Source of the DNA: an uncultured virus (IMG/VR IMGVR_UViG_3300021400_000153)
Taxonomy: Duplodnaviria; Heunggongvirae; Uroviricota; Caudoviricetes
Strand: one strand, 5' to 3'
DNA: 20,000 bases
IMG/VR virus record: IMGVR_UViG_3300021400_000153
Shown here piece by piece: positions 6,929 through 14,899 of this stretch. The position numbers were made by a program, and so were the translations under genes. The notes beneath the pieces are model-generated. The model was not told where the DNA came from, searched no databases, and saw only the letters and a program-made list of their open reading frames with translations. The stretch's first letter is position 1. Each line of letters opens with the position of its first letter.

Positions 6929-8875
6929 ATGTCAACATTATCGTTCAACCATGTTTCCATATCCCAGTTCAAGGGATTTCACGACAGAGAATTTAATCTG
7001 TATCCGCGAACGGATGTCATCGGTGCGAATGGTCGCGGGAAAACCACATTGGGAATGACTCTGGCGTTGCCTTTTACAGGCAAGGATCTTGCCGGACACA
7101 GCAATCCCGAAATCCATCCTGATGATATGCCGGAATCGGAGCCGCACATCACCATCAGCGGAGATATTGACGGCAAGCCCATCGAAATCGAGATGCTTCA
7201 GCGGGATCTTCGGACTAAGAAAGACCGGGCAGAAGATAAGCCGCCAAGGATCGCAAATAAATACAAGATCAATGCGGTCGATAAGTCCGCAAAGGCATTC
7301 GGCGCGGATCTTCTTGAGCGCGGCATCGACATCAGCAAATACGAACAGCTTACGAACCCGAACTGGTTCAATGGGCTGAAAGAAGCTGACAAGCGCAAGG
7401 CCGTATTTGAGATGGTTGGCAACATCACAGACAAGGATGTCGCTGAATCCATCAAGGATGATGTTCCTGATGTTTTAGAGAAACTTGAAAACTACAGGCT
7501 CGATGAAATTGAGTCAATGGCAAAAGCCCAGAAGAAAACGTCCTCTGAAAGACGGGATGCCATCCCGGAGCAGATTATCGGGATGGAAAAGACGAAGATT
7601 GATCTTTCTGACATCCAAGAGTTGAAAGCCAAAGCGCAGAGGCTTGCGGCTCAGATTCAGATAGGGAAGGAGGAATTTAACAAGGTTCCTTCAGTGACTA
7701 AGGAATCAATCCATCCGCAGATCGTGTCTCTGCGGCAGAAACAGAGAAATCTCGTGGCTGATGCCAATTCCGCGATTCATGACGAACTGCGGAAAGCGCA
7801 GAGAACCCTTGACGAGAAGAACCGCCAGTACGAAAGTATAGGCTTTGAGATCGAGACGATTACTTCACGGATTAAGCGGAAAGAGTCGGATATCTCCTAT
7901 CAGAAGGAGCAGCTTCAGAAGAGGCTTGCCGAGTACGAGGAGAAGAAAAACTCCACGTTTCCGGCTGATGAAGAGATTTGTCCGAGATGCGGTCAGAGAC
8001 TTCCGAAGAAGGACATCGCAAAAAAAGCTGAAGATTGGGAGAAGAAAAACGAGTTGGATCTCAAGGCTATGCGCGATGAAGGAAACAAACTTCACTTGAA
8101 GATCAAGTCTCTGGAGTCAGAGGTCGAATCTCTGAAGAAGGAACACGCAGATAAAACTGCGGAACGCGAGTCTCTGGAAAAGGCCGTATCAAAATCGAAG
8201 AAAGCGGTCGATGCGGCTGAGAAAAAGCCATTGGAAGACGGCAACGGCATTCCTGAGTATGTCGAGTGCGACAAGCAGATTGCCGAACTGGAACGGCAGA
8301 TGGAAGACATCGACAGAATTGAAGCGGAAAGAGCCGTGAAGCTGAAGAACCTGGATTCGCTCACTTCAGAACTCGATGATGTCCGCAGAGAACTGACCAA
8401 AGAAGGTTTCAATGCTCATGTGGATGAGCAGATCGCAGAACTGAAGAAGGAACTGCGTGAAGTATCACAGAGTTACTCATCGGCTGAATCAATCCTGTAT
8501 CAGGTTTCTTTGCTGAATAAGCGGAAGAACGAAATGCTGACGGATGCCGTCAATGCGAATTTCCCGGAGTACATTCGTTTCAAGCTGTTCGACACATTAA
8601 AGAACGGTGAACTGAAGGATTGTTGCATCCCGCTCATCAGGAATGAATTTGGAGAGTGGAAGGAACTTGGAAAATCGGCAAATACCGCTCTGGAAATGAG
8701 AGCGAAGATCGCCATTCTCGATGCGTTTCAGCGTTATAACGACATGTATTTGCCGATCGTCATTGACGGCGGTGAATGCCTTGATACTGAGAACAAGATG
8801 AGAATTGATGTGACGGGGCAGCTTATATTCCTGTCGGTTAAGGATAACGCCAATTTGACGGTAACTGAAATTTAA
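6929..8875 (+). CDS. Rad50/SbcC-like SMC-family ATPase (phage recombination module)
   Basis: 648 aa. Walker A GANGRGKTT, long coiled coils with central zinc hook CPRCGQ, Walker B IVIDGGE. SD AGGAGG. Confidence 0.88.
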   Translation: MSTLSFNHVSISQFKGFHDREFNLYPRTDVIGANGRGKTTLGMTLALPFTGKDLAGHSNPEIHPDDMPESEPHITISGDIDGKPIEIEMLQRDLRTKKDRAEDKPPRIANKYKINAVDKSAKAFGADLLERGIDISKYEQLTNPNWFNGLKEADKRKAVFEMVGNITDKDVAESIKDDVPDVLEKLENYRLDEIESMAKAQKKTSSERRDAIPEQIIGMEKTKIDLSDIQELKAKAQRLAAQIQIGKEEFNKVPSVTKESIHPQIVSLRQKQRNLVADANSAIHDELRKAQRTLDEKNRQYESIGFEIETITSRIKRKESDISYQKEQLQKRLAEYEEKKNSTFPADEEICPRCGQRLPKKDIAKKAEDWEKKNELDLKAMRDEGNKLHLKIKSLESEVESLKKEHADKTAERESLEKAVSKSKKAVDAAEKKPLEDGNGIPEYVECDKQIAELERQMEDIDRIEAERAVKLKNLDSLTSELDDVRRELTKEGFNAHVDEQIAELKKELREVSQSYSSAESILYQVSLLNKRKNEMLTDAVNANFPEYIRFKLFDTLKNGELKDCCIPLIRNEFGEWKELGKSANTALEMRAKIAILDAFQRYNDMYLPIVIDGGECLDTENKMRIDVTGQLIFLSVKDNANLTVTEI

Positions 8876-8882
8876 GATTCGT

Positions 8883-9164
8883 AAGTCATCAATCCGAATC
8901 CTCCTCACAGTGCTGATTGTGATTCGACCCCTTACGATAATCCATATGCCATGTGTATCTCACTCATACGGATTGGTGACTTGACATACAAATTGGTCTG
9001 CGGGAACGGCGATCCTCTGAATTTATACCGCGTCAACCTAGGGGATGATTTTAAGTCGGGGCTGACTCCTTTCTTTGTAAGACAGACGGTGGGAAAGACC
9101 ACACAGACTGGTTTGTTAATGAGCATTAAAGTGCGGTCGAAGGCCAAGATCGCCGCCAGTCATT
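8883..9164 (+). ncRNA. Structured non-coding region (multi-domain candidate ncRNA) upstream of the tRNA-like element
   Basis: Stems 8883-8896/8969-8982 (14 bp), 8988-9000/9104-9116 (13 bp) and 9106-9112/9155-9161, plus inner hairpins. G-U pairs only work on the + strand. No credible ORF. Confidence 0.55.
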
Positions 9165-9165
9165 T

Positions 9166-9256
9166 CGGAACGTAGCACAATGGCTAGTGCTTTTGGTGGT
9201 AGAAATGCCGCTTCACCATAACGGCGTTGATGTAGGTTCGAGTCCTACCGTTCCGA
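9166..9256 (+). tRNA. Atypical tRNA / tRNA-like RNA with aberrant anticodon domain (isotype undetermined)
   Basis: Acceptor CGGAACG/CGTTCCG plus A; TA linker; D-arm GCAC-AATGGCTA-GTGC; T-arm GTAGG-TTCGAGT-CCTAC. 41 nt between D and T arms with no canonical 7-nt anticodon loop. CCA not encoded. Confidence 0.8.
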
Positions 9257-9305
9257 TTCGTGTTTTTACATAAACAACACACACCACATGAGAGGAGTAC
9301 ATCGC

Positions 9306-9494
9306 ATGAACAAGATCTCAATTTATTACTGCCGGGAACGCGAGAATTCAAAGGGAAAGAAGGTGCGTTCTGACAGACACAGAGCCACTTACAGGACAGC
9401 AAGTATCAGTGCTGCTTGCAAACGTTTCTACGCATCGCGCCCTGATAACGATTGGTCGATCTATCGGATCGAGGAAGTAAAGGAGCGCGGATGA
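9306..9494 (+). CDS. Hypothetical phage protein
   Basis: Probable ATG at 9306 after GAGGAG; 62 aa; ATGA overlap with the next gene. Confidence 0.65.
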   Translation: MNKISIYYCRERENSKGKKVRSDRHRATYRTASISAACKRFYASRPDNDWSIYRIEEVKERG

Positions 9495-9817
9495 GTGTGA
9501 CTAGGAATCCTTGCAGATACTGTGTGGCGGCGTTTCGCGATAAACGGACTGGACACCATAGACCGAATTTCACGGTGGAATGTCAGTTGTGCGGAAATCG
9601 CAAGGAATATAATCGCCATCTGGAATCCAAACGGATGTTTGAGCCGGGTGATCCAATCACCGAACTGAGCGAATTGCTGAAGCAAGAGTGGGTGATCTGG
9701 CACGGACGGACAAGACACATTGAGATGTTTCGTAGCATGTCCGTGCGGACGGTAGAAGAATTCTTGAAGCATGGAACATTCCGAAAAGCGATAAGGAAGG
9801 AGAATAACGATGGCTGA
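9491..9817 (+). CDS. Hypothetical zinc-binding phage protein
   Basis: ATG at 9491 after AAGGAG; CRYC...CQLC motif; 108 aa. Confidence 0.7.
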   Translation: MSVTRNPCRYCVAAFRDKRTGHHRPNFTVECQLCGNRKEYNRHLESKRMFEPGDPITELSELLKQEWVIWHGRTRHIEMFRSMSVRTVEEFLKHGTFRKAIRKENNDG

Positions 9818-10559
9818 GAACAGCTTCAGCTTGGCACTGACAACAGAATTGGAAAATCAAAGGTCTGCACTTCCGGCAGACTTTAACATCAACAGATTCG
9901 TGCAGAATTCTGTCGCATTGCTTAATGGCAATGACACGCTGATGAAGTTCGCCAGAGAGCATGGCACTTCCCAGATCAAGGCCGGACTTATGCGCGGTGC
10001 ATATCAGGGACTCGATGCCTTAAACGGCGAAATGTATCTCGTTCCATACGGCAGTACACTCAACTTCATGCAGTCCTACAAGGGCGATGTGAAGATGGTG
10101 AAGAAGTACAGTCAGCGCCCCATCAAAGATGTTTACGCAAAACTCGTCAGGGAAGGTGATGAATTTGAAGAGGGTGTGATAAACGGAGAACCTACGATCA
10201 ACTTTAAACCCTTGCCGTTCAATGACGGAAAAATCATTGGGGCATTTGCCGTTTGCCTGTATGTGGACGGCGGCATGGTATACGACACGATGAGCCTTAA
10301 AGATCTTGAAAATACAAGGTCTTCGAGCAAGGCGAAGAATTCCCCCGCCTGGTCAAAATTTACAGGACAAATGTATCTTAAGACGGTTCTTCATCGCCTC
10401 TGCAAGCATCTATCAATCGATATGGACGCAAACGCCAGAGAAGCGTTTGATGCAGGAACGGAAATCGAAACAGATCCGTCTGAGATCGCAAAGTCAGAGA
10501 TCGCCGAGAATGCCAATTCTGAAGAACTTGTAGTGGATGCCGAGGAAGTCATCGAATGA
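9810..10559 (+). CDS. recT: RecT/Redbeta-family single-strand annealing recombinase
   Basis: GLDALNGEMYLVPYG, MQSYKG, VREGDEF, IIGAFAV and PAWSKFTGQMYLKTVLHRLCK match RecT motifs. Confidence 0.92.
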   Translation: MAENSFSLALTTELENQRSALPADFNINRFVQNSVALLNGNDTLMKFAREHGTSQIKAGLMRGAYQGLDALNGEMYLVPYGSTLNFMQSYKGDVKMVKKYSQRPIKDVYAKLVREGDEFEEGVINGEPTINFKPLPFNDGKIIGAFAVCLYVDGGMVYDTMSLKDLENTRSSSKAKNSPAWSKFTGQMYLKTVLHRLCKHLSIDMDANAREAFDAGTEIETDPSEIAKSEIAENANSEELVVDAEEVIE

Positions 10560-11302
10560 AACTAATCACCGTTAATTCAGGATCGTCCGGGAACTGCTAT
10601 TTTCTGCAAGATGACAACGGTCATTACCTGATGCTTGACTGTGGAGAAAAGCTGAAATGGCAGAACGTCTTATGGGGATGTGGCTTCAATATCTTGATGG
10701 TAGACGCAGTGCTGTTTACACACTGGCACAGGGATCATTTGGGAAACGTGAAGAACATTCATCTATCCGGCATCCCTTCGTTTTCCAGTGACGAGGTGGA
10801 GACATTCGTCAGAGAATCGCATGGAGAGATCGTTCGCGGACTCCGTGAAAAGGCGCCCACGAAGCTGCCGGGAAACTGGCAAGTGGTTCCGTGGTATGTG
10901 CCGCACACAGGGAATGATTGCGAGAATGTGCCTTGCTACGCATATTACATCAGGTCGCCGAGCGGTTACAAGTTGGTCTACATCACGGATTTTCTTTATT
11001 CGCCTGTGACTTTTAAGACCTTCAAGGTTAATGGCATTCTGTGTGCATGTAACCATGATGACGATATCGATCTGGAAGAAAACGAGCAGAAATACAGACA
11101 TGTCGTGATGGGGCATTCTTCTCTGTCAACCGTAAATGAGATGATTAAGGTTAACATGACCGATGACATGAGAGACATTATCCTCTGTCATCTATCTGCT
11201 GAAAATGCAACGCCAGACGTGATGATCCATACCATCAAAGATACGGTCGGAGATTCTGTAAACGTCAATATCGCCCGAAAGGGCGTGATATTAAATTTAT
11301 AA
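10556..11302 (+). CDS. Metallo-beta-lactamase-fold hydrolase (likely exonuclease partner of RecT)
   Basis: SGSSGNCY, LDCG, THWHRDH, YITD, CNHD, GHSS and LCHLS motifs. Confidence 0.9.
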   Translation: MKLITVNSGSSGNCYFLQDDNGHYLMLDCGEKLKWQNVLWGCGFNILMVDAVLFTHWHRDHLGNVKNIHLSGIPSFSSDEVETFVRESHGEIVRGLREKAPTKLPGNWQVVPWYVPHTGNDCENVPCYAYYIRSPSGYKLVYITDFLYSPVTFKTFKVNGILCACNHDDDIDLEENEQKYRHVVMGHSSLSTVNEMIKVNMTDDMRDIILCHLSAENATPDVMIHTIKDTVGDSVNVNIARKGVILNL

Positions 11303-11312
11303 CAAGAAGGGA

Positions 11313-11750
11313 GTGGTAATCATTAACTCAGTTTGTATCACGGGGAGACTCACGAGAGATCCCGACATCAAGCATTCAGAAAAAACCACATATGGCTCGT
11401 TTGGGATTGCCGTAAACCGTAACTACAAGAACAATGAGGGAAAGTACGAAACAGACTTTTTTGAAGTTCGCGTATTCGGAAGAAGTGCTGATTTTGTGGA
11501 AAAATACTTTAAGAAGGGCATGAAAGCCGATATTATCGGCAGACTTCAGCAGGAACGGTGGACTGACAGAGACGGAAAAAACCAGAGCGCCACAAGAATT
11601 GTCGCGGATACGGTGGAGTTCGGGGAATCAAAATCCGCATCGGGGCAGAACGGCAGATCGTCCGCGCCGACAGCAGATGTCAACAAAGGCAGTGATGATA
11701 ATTTCATGGCTATCCCGGACGGAATTGACGAAGAACTCCCGTTCAACTGA
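11313..11750 (+). CDS. ssb: Single-stranded DNA-binding protein (true start possibly ATT at 11322)
   Basis: NSVCITGRLTRDP, IAVNR, TDFF, GRLQ and acidic tail DEELPFN. Confidence 0.95.
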   Translation: MVIINSVCITGRLTRDPDIKHSEKTTYGSFGIAVNRNYKNNEGKYETDFFEVRVFGRSADFVEKYFKKGMKADIIGRLQQERWTDRDGKNQSATRIVADTVEFGESKSASGQNGRSSAPTADVNKGSDDNFMAIPDGIDEELPFN

Positions 11751-11751
11751 C

Positions 11752-11994
11752 ATGACGGATGAACAGGGAAGGAAAGTTTACCGCCTAATCGACAAGAACC
11801 TGGCGTTGAATCCAGTGGCATACTGCCGAGTGCATCACGGATACCTTACTAAAGGTTTGATGAAAACTCATCGCTGCATGCAGCGGCAGTGCCGTGGATT
11901 CTCCAAGATTAATTGCCGATATTGGGATGAGAGACGCAAGCGCAAGGAACTGTCAAGACAGAGAAAACACAGGAGGTTGAATGACAGACTTTGA
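11752..11994 (+). CDS. Small Cys/His-rich basic phage protein
   Basis: ATG at 11752, one base after the ssb stop. AYCRVHHGYLT...HRCMQRQC putative zinc site; 80 aa. Confidence 0.6.
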   Translation: MTDEQGRKVYRLIDKNLALNPVAYCRVHHGYLTKGLMKTHRCMQRQCRGFSKINCRYWDERRKRKELSRQRKHRRLNDRL

Positions 11995-12325
11995 AAAGGC
12001 CGTGTCTGAGACACAGGAAGACATGGACATGCAGAGTTATCAATTCGATTATGAAAACGTGATTGAATTCACCAGAAACGCGAAGGTTGCAACTGTTACA
12101 TCCTGTCAGGGAAGGTACGTTACCAAGATTAAAAAATACGCAGAAGAATATCCTGACGATGTGCAGATCACATCCGAGAAGAAGGGAACGATTGTCGCAC
12201 ACGTTCCGACAGATTGGGTGAAAATCTCCCCGCCTAGAAAGGTTAATTTTACGGACGAGCGTAAAAAAGCGAGTATTGAACGCCTCCGCAAGTGGAGAGA
12301 GGAACAGAAATCTGCCGAACACTGA
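11981..12325 (+). CDS. Hypothetical phage protein
   Basis: 114 aa, SD AGGAGG; ENVIEF...ATVT...AHVPTDWVKISPPRK. Confidence 0.75.
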   Translation: MTDFEKAVSETQEDMDMQSYQFDYENVIEFTRNAKVATVTSCQGRYVTKIKKYAEEYPDDVQITSEKKGTIVAHVPTDWVKISPPRKVNFTDERKKASIERLRKWREEQKSAEH

Positions 12326-12436
12326 TTACAGATAAGAAGATCGTGGTCAATTTCGCACGAAAGTACCTTAATAGTACATCCGATAGGGTACGCACTTTAG
12401 ACTGCGCTTAATAACATTTTTACAAAGGGAGTAAGT

Positions 12437-12868
12437 ATGCCGCCTAAATTTATAAATGCAACGGAAATCACCATCGGAGCATTGCCGGATACAGTTGGAA
12501 CAGATCAACCTGTCACATTTAGCACGGAACCTGTTGAGTTCACCGCAACCATTAAAGATCCTTCAAGCGTCAAGGCCGTCAGAAGGTTAATCATGGATAC
12601 GCTTTCCGAGTCAACAAAGATATGTTATACGCCAGAGCATATCTTTCACAACCGCAAGACAGCGGAAACTATCGTCATCTGGAAGGACGGATCTAAAACA
12701 ATCGTAAAACCGATGGACGGAATGCCGGATTCCGAAATGAGTCACTACGCTGCATTTACCGCCGCTCTGGCTAAAAAGATATTCGGCTCAAACACTCAGG
12801 TCAACAAGATAGTCGGAATGACTAGGGAACCTGTGAAAAGGCAGAAGAAAAATGGTAATCCAAATTGA
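12437..12868 (+). CDS. Hypothetical phage protein
   Basis: 143 aa, SD AAGGGAG; C-terminal TIVIWKDGSKTIVK...AALAKKIFG segment. Confidence 0.75.
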   Translation: MPPKFINATEITIGALPDTVGTDQPVTFSTEPVEFTATIKDPSSVKAVRRLIMDTLSESTKICYTPEHIFHNRKTAETIVIWKDGSKTIVKPMDGMPDSEMSHYAAFTAALAKKIFGSNTQVNKIVGMTREPVKRQKKNGNPN

Positions 12869-13364
12869 CACGAGACAGCAGATGAACAAGAAGCACCACA
12901 AAGTCAAGGAGCAATGGTTCATCGATCACGGTCATCAAGTTGTGAAAAGCAAATGTCTTGTCGGAGATTATGTGTGTCCGTCAAACGGATCCGTTTCCGT
13001 GGATACGAAGAAGGATTGTACGGAGTTATATGCCGATCTGATTCAAGACCATGCCAGGTTTCACAATGAGTGCGTTCTCGCAAAGGACTGCGGCATTCGT
13101 CTCGTTATCCTTGTCGAAAATAAGGACGGATTCAAGAAGCCGGAGGACATCATCAAGTGGAAGAATCCGCAGATGTATCGATACTGGAAAGCGAAGCGGA
13201 TAGCCGAGCGTGACCATGTGAAGCCGCCAAAGCCTCCGGCATCAAACGTGCAGCTGTTGAAGATCATGCACTCAATGAGCAGAGACTACGGCGTGGAATT
13301 TATGTTCTGTACAACCGAAGAGGCCGGAGAGAATATTATAAGAATCCTGTCTGGAGAAATTTAG
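12852..13364 (+). CDS. ERCC4/XPF-domain structure-specific nuclease (resolvase-like)
   Basis: IQIDTRQQ, VGDY, SVDTKKD..EL, RLVILVE and YGVEFMFC match phage ERCC4-domain proteins. Confidence 0.75.
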   Translation: MVIQIDTRQQMNKKHHKVKEQWFIDHGHQVVKSKCLVGDYVCPSNGSVSVDTKKDCTELYADLIQDHARFHNECVLAKDCGIRLVILVENKDGFKKPEDIIKWKNPQMYRYWKAKRIAERDHVKPPKPPASNVQLLKIMHSMSRDYGVEFMFCTTEEAGENIIRILSGEI

Positions 13365-13401
13365 TCAAAGTGCTGAAATTTTAGAAATCAGCCGAGGAAC
13401 A

Positions 13402-13429
13402 TTGATTTAAGATAGTTGGGATGTATAAT
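13402..13429 (+). promoter_or_regulatory. Possible internal sigmaA promoter for the replication genes
   Basis: TTGATT (13402-13407), 16-bp spacer, TATAAT (13424-13429). It overlaps an inverted-repeat arm. Confidence 0.4.
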
Positions 13430-13520
13430 TAAAACAACAACATATATCTTTGGCGTATGGCTCAATGTATCTCTAATTCCTATCTGTGTATCTTAGGAGT
13501 TATACGCAATCCCAAATCTT
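13409..13520 (+). ncRNA. Intergenic nested stem-loop with TATC-rich loop
   Basis: Outer AAGAT..TTGGGAT (13409-13422) / ATCCCAAATCTT (13509-13520). Inner GCGTATGGCTC (13453-13463) / GAGTTATACGC (13497-13507) with two G-U pairs. Confidence 0.5.
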
Positions 13521-13556
13521 TTGTTTGAAAATTGAATACTGGAAGGTGGTGAAAGA

Positions 13557-14108
13557 TTGAAAGCAATCGAAACTATCTACAATGGCTATCGGTTTAGGTC
13601 AAGACTTGAAGCGAGATGGGCAGTGTTCTTTGATGCTCTTGGTGTGAAGTACGAGTATGAGCCGGAAGGTTTTGAACTGTCCGATGGAACATGGTATCTA
13701 CCCGACTTTTATCTGCCTGACTTAAAGATATGGGTAGAAGTCAAAGGATTGATGTCTGGTGAAGACTTAAAGAAGATCGATTTATTCCGCAAATGTCTAA
13801 GTGTAGACAGCGGACAATATCTATGGGTTGTTGGGGATATTCCTACTGGCAGTTGGTTCCGTACAGAGGGACTCGCGTATAAGTATGGCGATATCTTCTC
13901 CATAGGCAACGAATTGGTATGGGACGTTGAGTATCTCCCGTGCGTCTGTCCGAAATGCGGAAAGGTTGGAATTGAGTTTGAAGGCCGCGGTGCAAGAGTT
14001 TGCCCCAATCATTGTCCAGAGAGTGACAAGCTATACTCAGCTGATGATCCAAAAGTACTTAACGCCTATAACAAGGCGCGACAAGCACGTTTTGAATACG
14101 GGGAGTAA
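13557..14108 (+). CDS. PD-(D/E)XK restriction-endonuclease-like phage nuclease with Cys cluster
   Basis: TTG start after GGAAGGTGGTG. YNGYRFRSRLEARWAVFFD...YEYEPEGF...YLPDF...WVEVK, then CVCPKC...CPNHC. Confidence 0.75.
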   Translation: MKAIETIYNGYRFRSRLEARWAVFFDALGVKYEYEPEGFELSDGTWYLPDFYLPDLKIWVEVKGLMSGEDLKKIDLFRKCLSVDSGQYLWVVGDIPTGSWFRTEGLAYKYGDIFSIGNELVWDVEYLPCVCPKCGKVGIEFEGRGARVCPNHCPESDKLYSADDPKVLNAYNKARQARFEYGE

Positions 14109-14113
14109 TGATA

Positions 14114-14893
14114 ATGGCTGAAAGAAGAATGTTTGCGAAAACAATAGTTCTGTCAGACGAATTCCTTGATATGCCATTATCGGCAAGATGCCTGTATTTC
14201 ACTCTTGGGATGTTAGCGGACGATGACGGATTTGTGAATAATCCAAAAAGCATTATGCGGCAATGCGGTGCTTCACAAGATGATATGCGAATCTTAATCA
14301 GCAAGCGATTTGTTATCCTGTTCGAGAGCGGAATCATTGTGATTAAGCATTGGAGGATCAATAACTATCTCAGAAGTGACAGATATAGCGAGACTAAATA
14401 CCTTGATGAGAAAACGCATCTTTCGGTCAACGAAAACGGCAGCTATCATCTAAAATCGCAAGATTCTGGTATACCAGGTGGTATACCCAATAACGGTATA
14501 CCCAGTATAGGTAAGGATAGTATAGATAAGGATAGTAATAATATTGGCGATTTTGATGAGGATTTTTCTTGCGATTCTGTCGATTACTCAGATGATAAAA
14601 ATCCGAAAAAGAAGGATGTGGATGAGTTTTTCGCAAAGATCTGGAAAGCATATCCGAAGAAAAAGGGCAAAGGCGCTGTATCCGATGCCAAGAAGAAAAA
14701 ACTGTATGAAGACGTTGGCCTTGATCAGATGCTTAGATGCATCAACAGATACAGTGATTACGTTCGCGGAAAAGACGAACAGTATATCATGTATGGCAGT
14801 TCATTCTTCAACAGTGGATATGTTGACTATCTTGATGAGAACTACGGGAGCGAAGCATCCGCAGACGAAGAAGATGCTCTGCCGTTTAGGTAA
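14114..14893 (+). CDS. Replisome organizer / replication initiator
   Basis: MAERRMFAKTIV..DEFLDMPLSARCLYF.LGM.ADDDGF N-terminus, IVIKHWRINN, internal iteron repeats, and C-terminal IWKAYPKKKGK...YIMYGSSFFN domain. Confidence 0.9.
   Translation: MAERRMFAKTIVLSDEFLDMPLSARCLYFTLGMLADDDGFVNNPKSIMRQCGASQDDMRILISKRFVILFESGIIVIKHWRINNYLRSDRYSETKYLDEKTHLSVNENGSYHLKSQDSGIPGGIPNNGIPSIGKDSIDKDSNNIGDFDEDFSCDSVDYSDDKNPKKKDVDEFFAKIWKAYPKKKGKGAVSDAKKKKLYEDVGLDQMLRCINRYSDYVRGKDEQYIMYGSSFFNSGYVDYLDENYGSEASADEEDALPFR
14466..14545. repeat. Iterons / putative replication origin inside the initiator gene
   Basis: Palindromic GGTATACC three times (14468, 14480, 14495), then the 15-bp repeat AGTATAG(G/A)TAAGGAT twice (14504, 14519) and an AT-rich tail. 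Confidence 0.7.
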
Positions 14894-14899
14894 TGGACA

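Noticed and set aside
8981..9010. Promoter from the perfect TTGACA at 8981
   Set aside because: No -10 element at 16-18 bp spacing.
9116..9145. Hammerhead, twister or HDV-like (theta) ribozyme next to the tRNA-like RNA
   Set aside because: TTAATGAG...CGAAG departs from the CTGANGA...GAAA core, and I could not build a twister or HDV fold by eye. The 3' trailer of the tRNA-like element is unstructured A/C-rich sequence. A covariance search would be needed to exclude this fully.
8951..9175. 74-aa ORF (and antisense 8932-9147, 9184-9402) in the structured gap
   Set aside because: No SD, they overlap the tRNA-like element or long helices, and the protein sequences are unremarkable.
9211..9221. 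Selenocysteine tRNA or UGA-recoding system based on the UCA triplet
   Set aside because: No long variable arm or extended tRNA-Sec stems, and TGA is used as a normal stop in many genes here (e.g. 981, 3760, 11750).
13557..14108. Restriction-modification pair of the PD-(D/E)XK nuclease with the C5 methyltransferase
   Set aside because: The genes are 4 kb apart in the replication module and both types occur independently in phages; nothing in the sequence links them.
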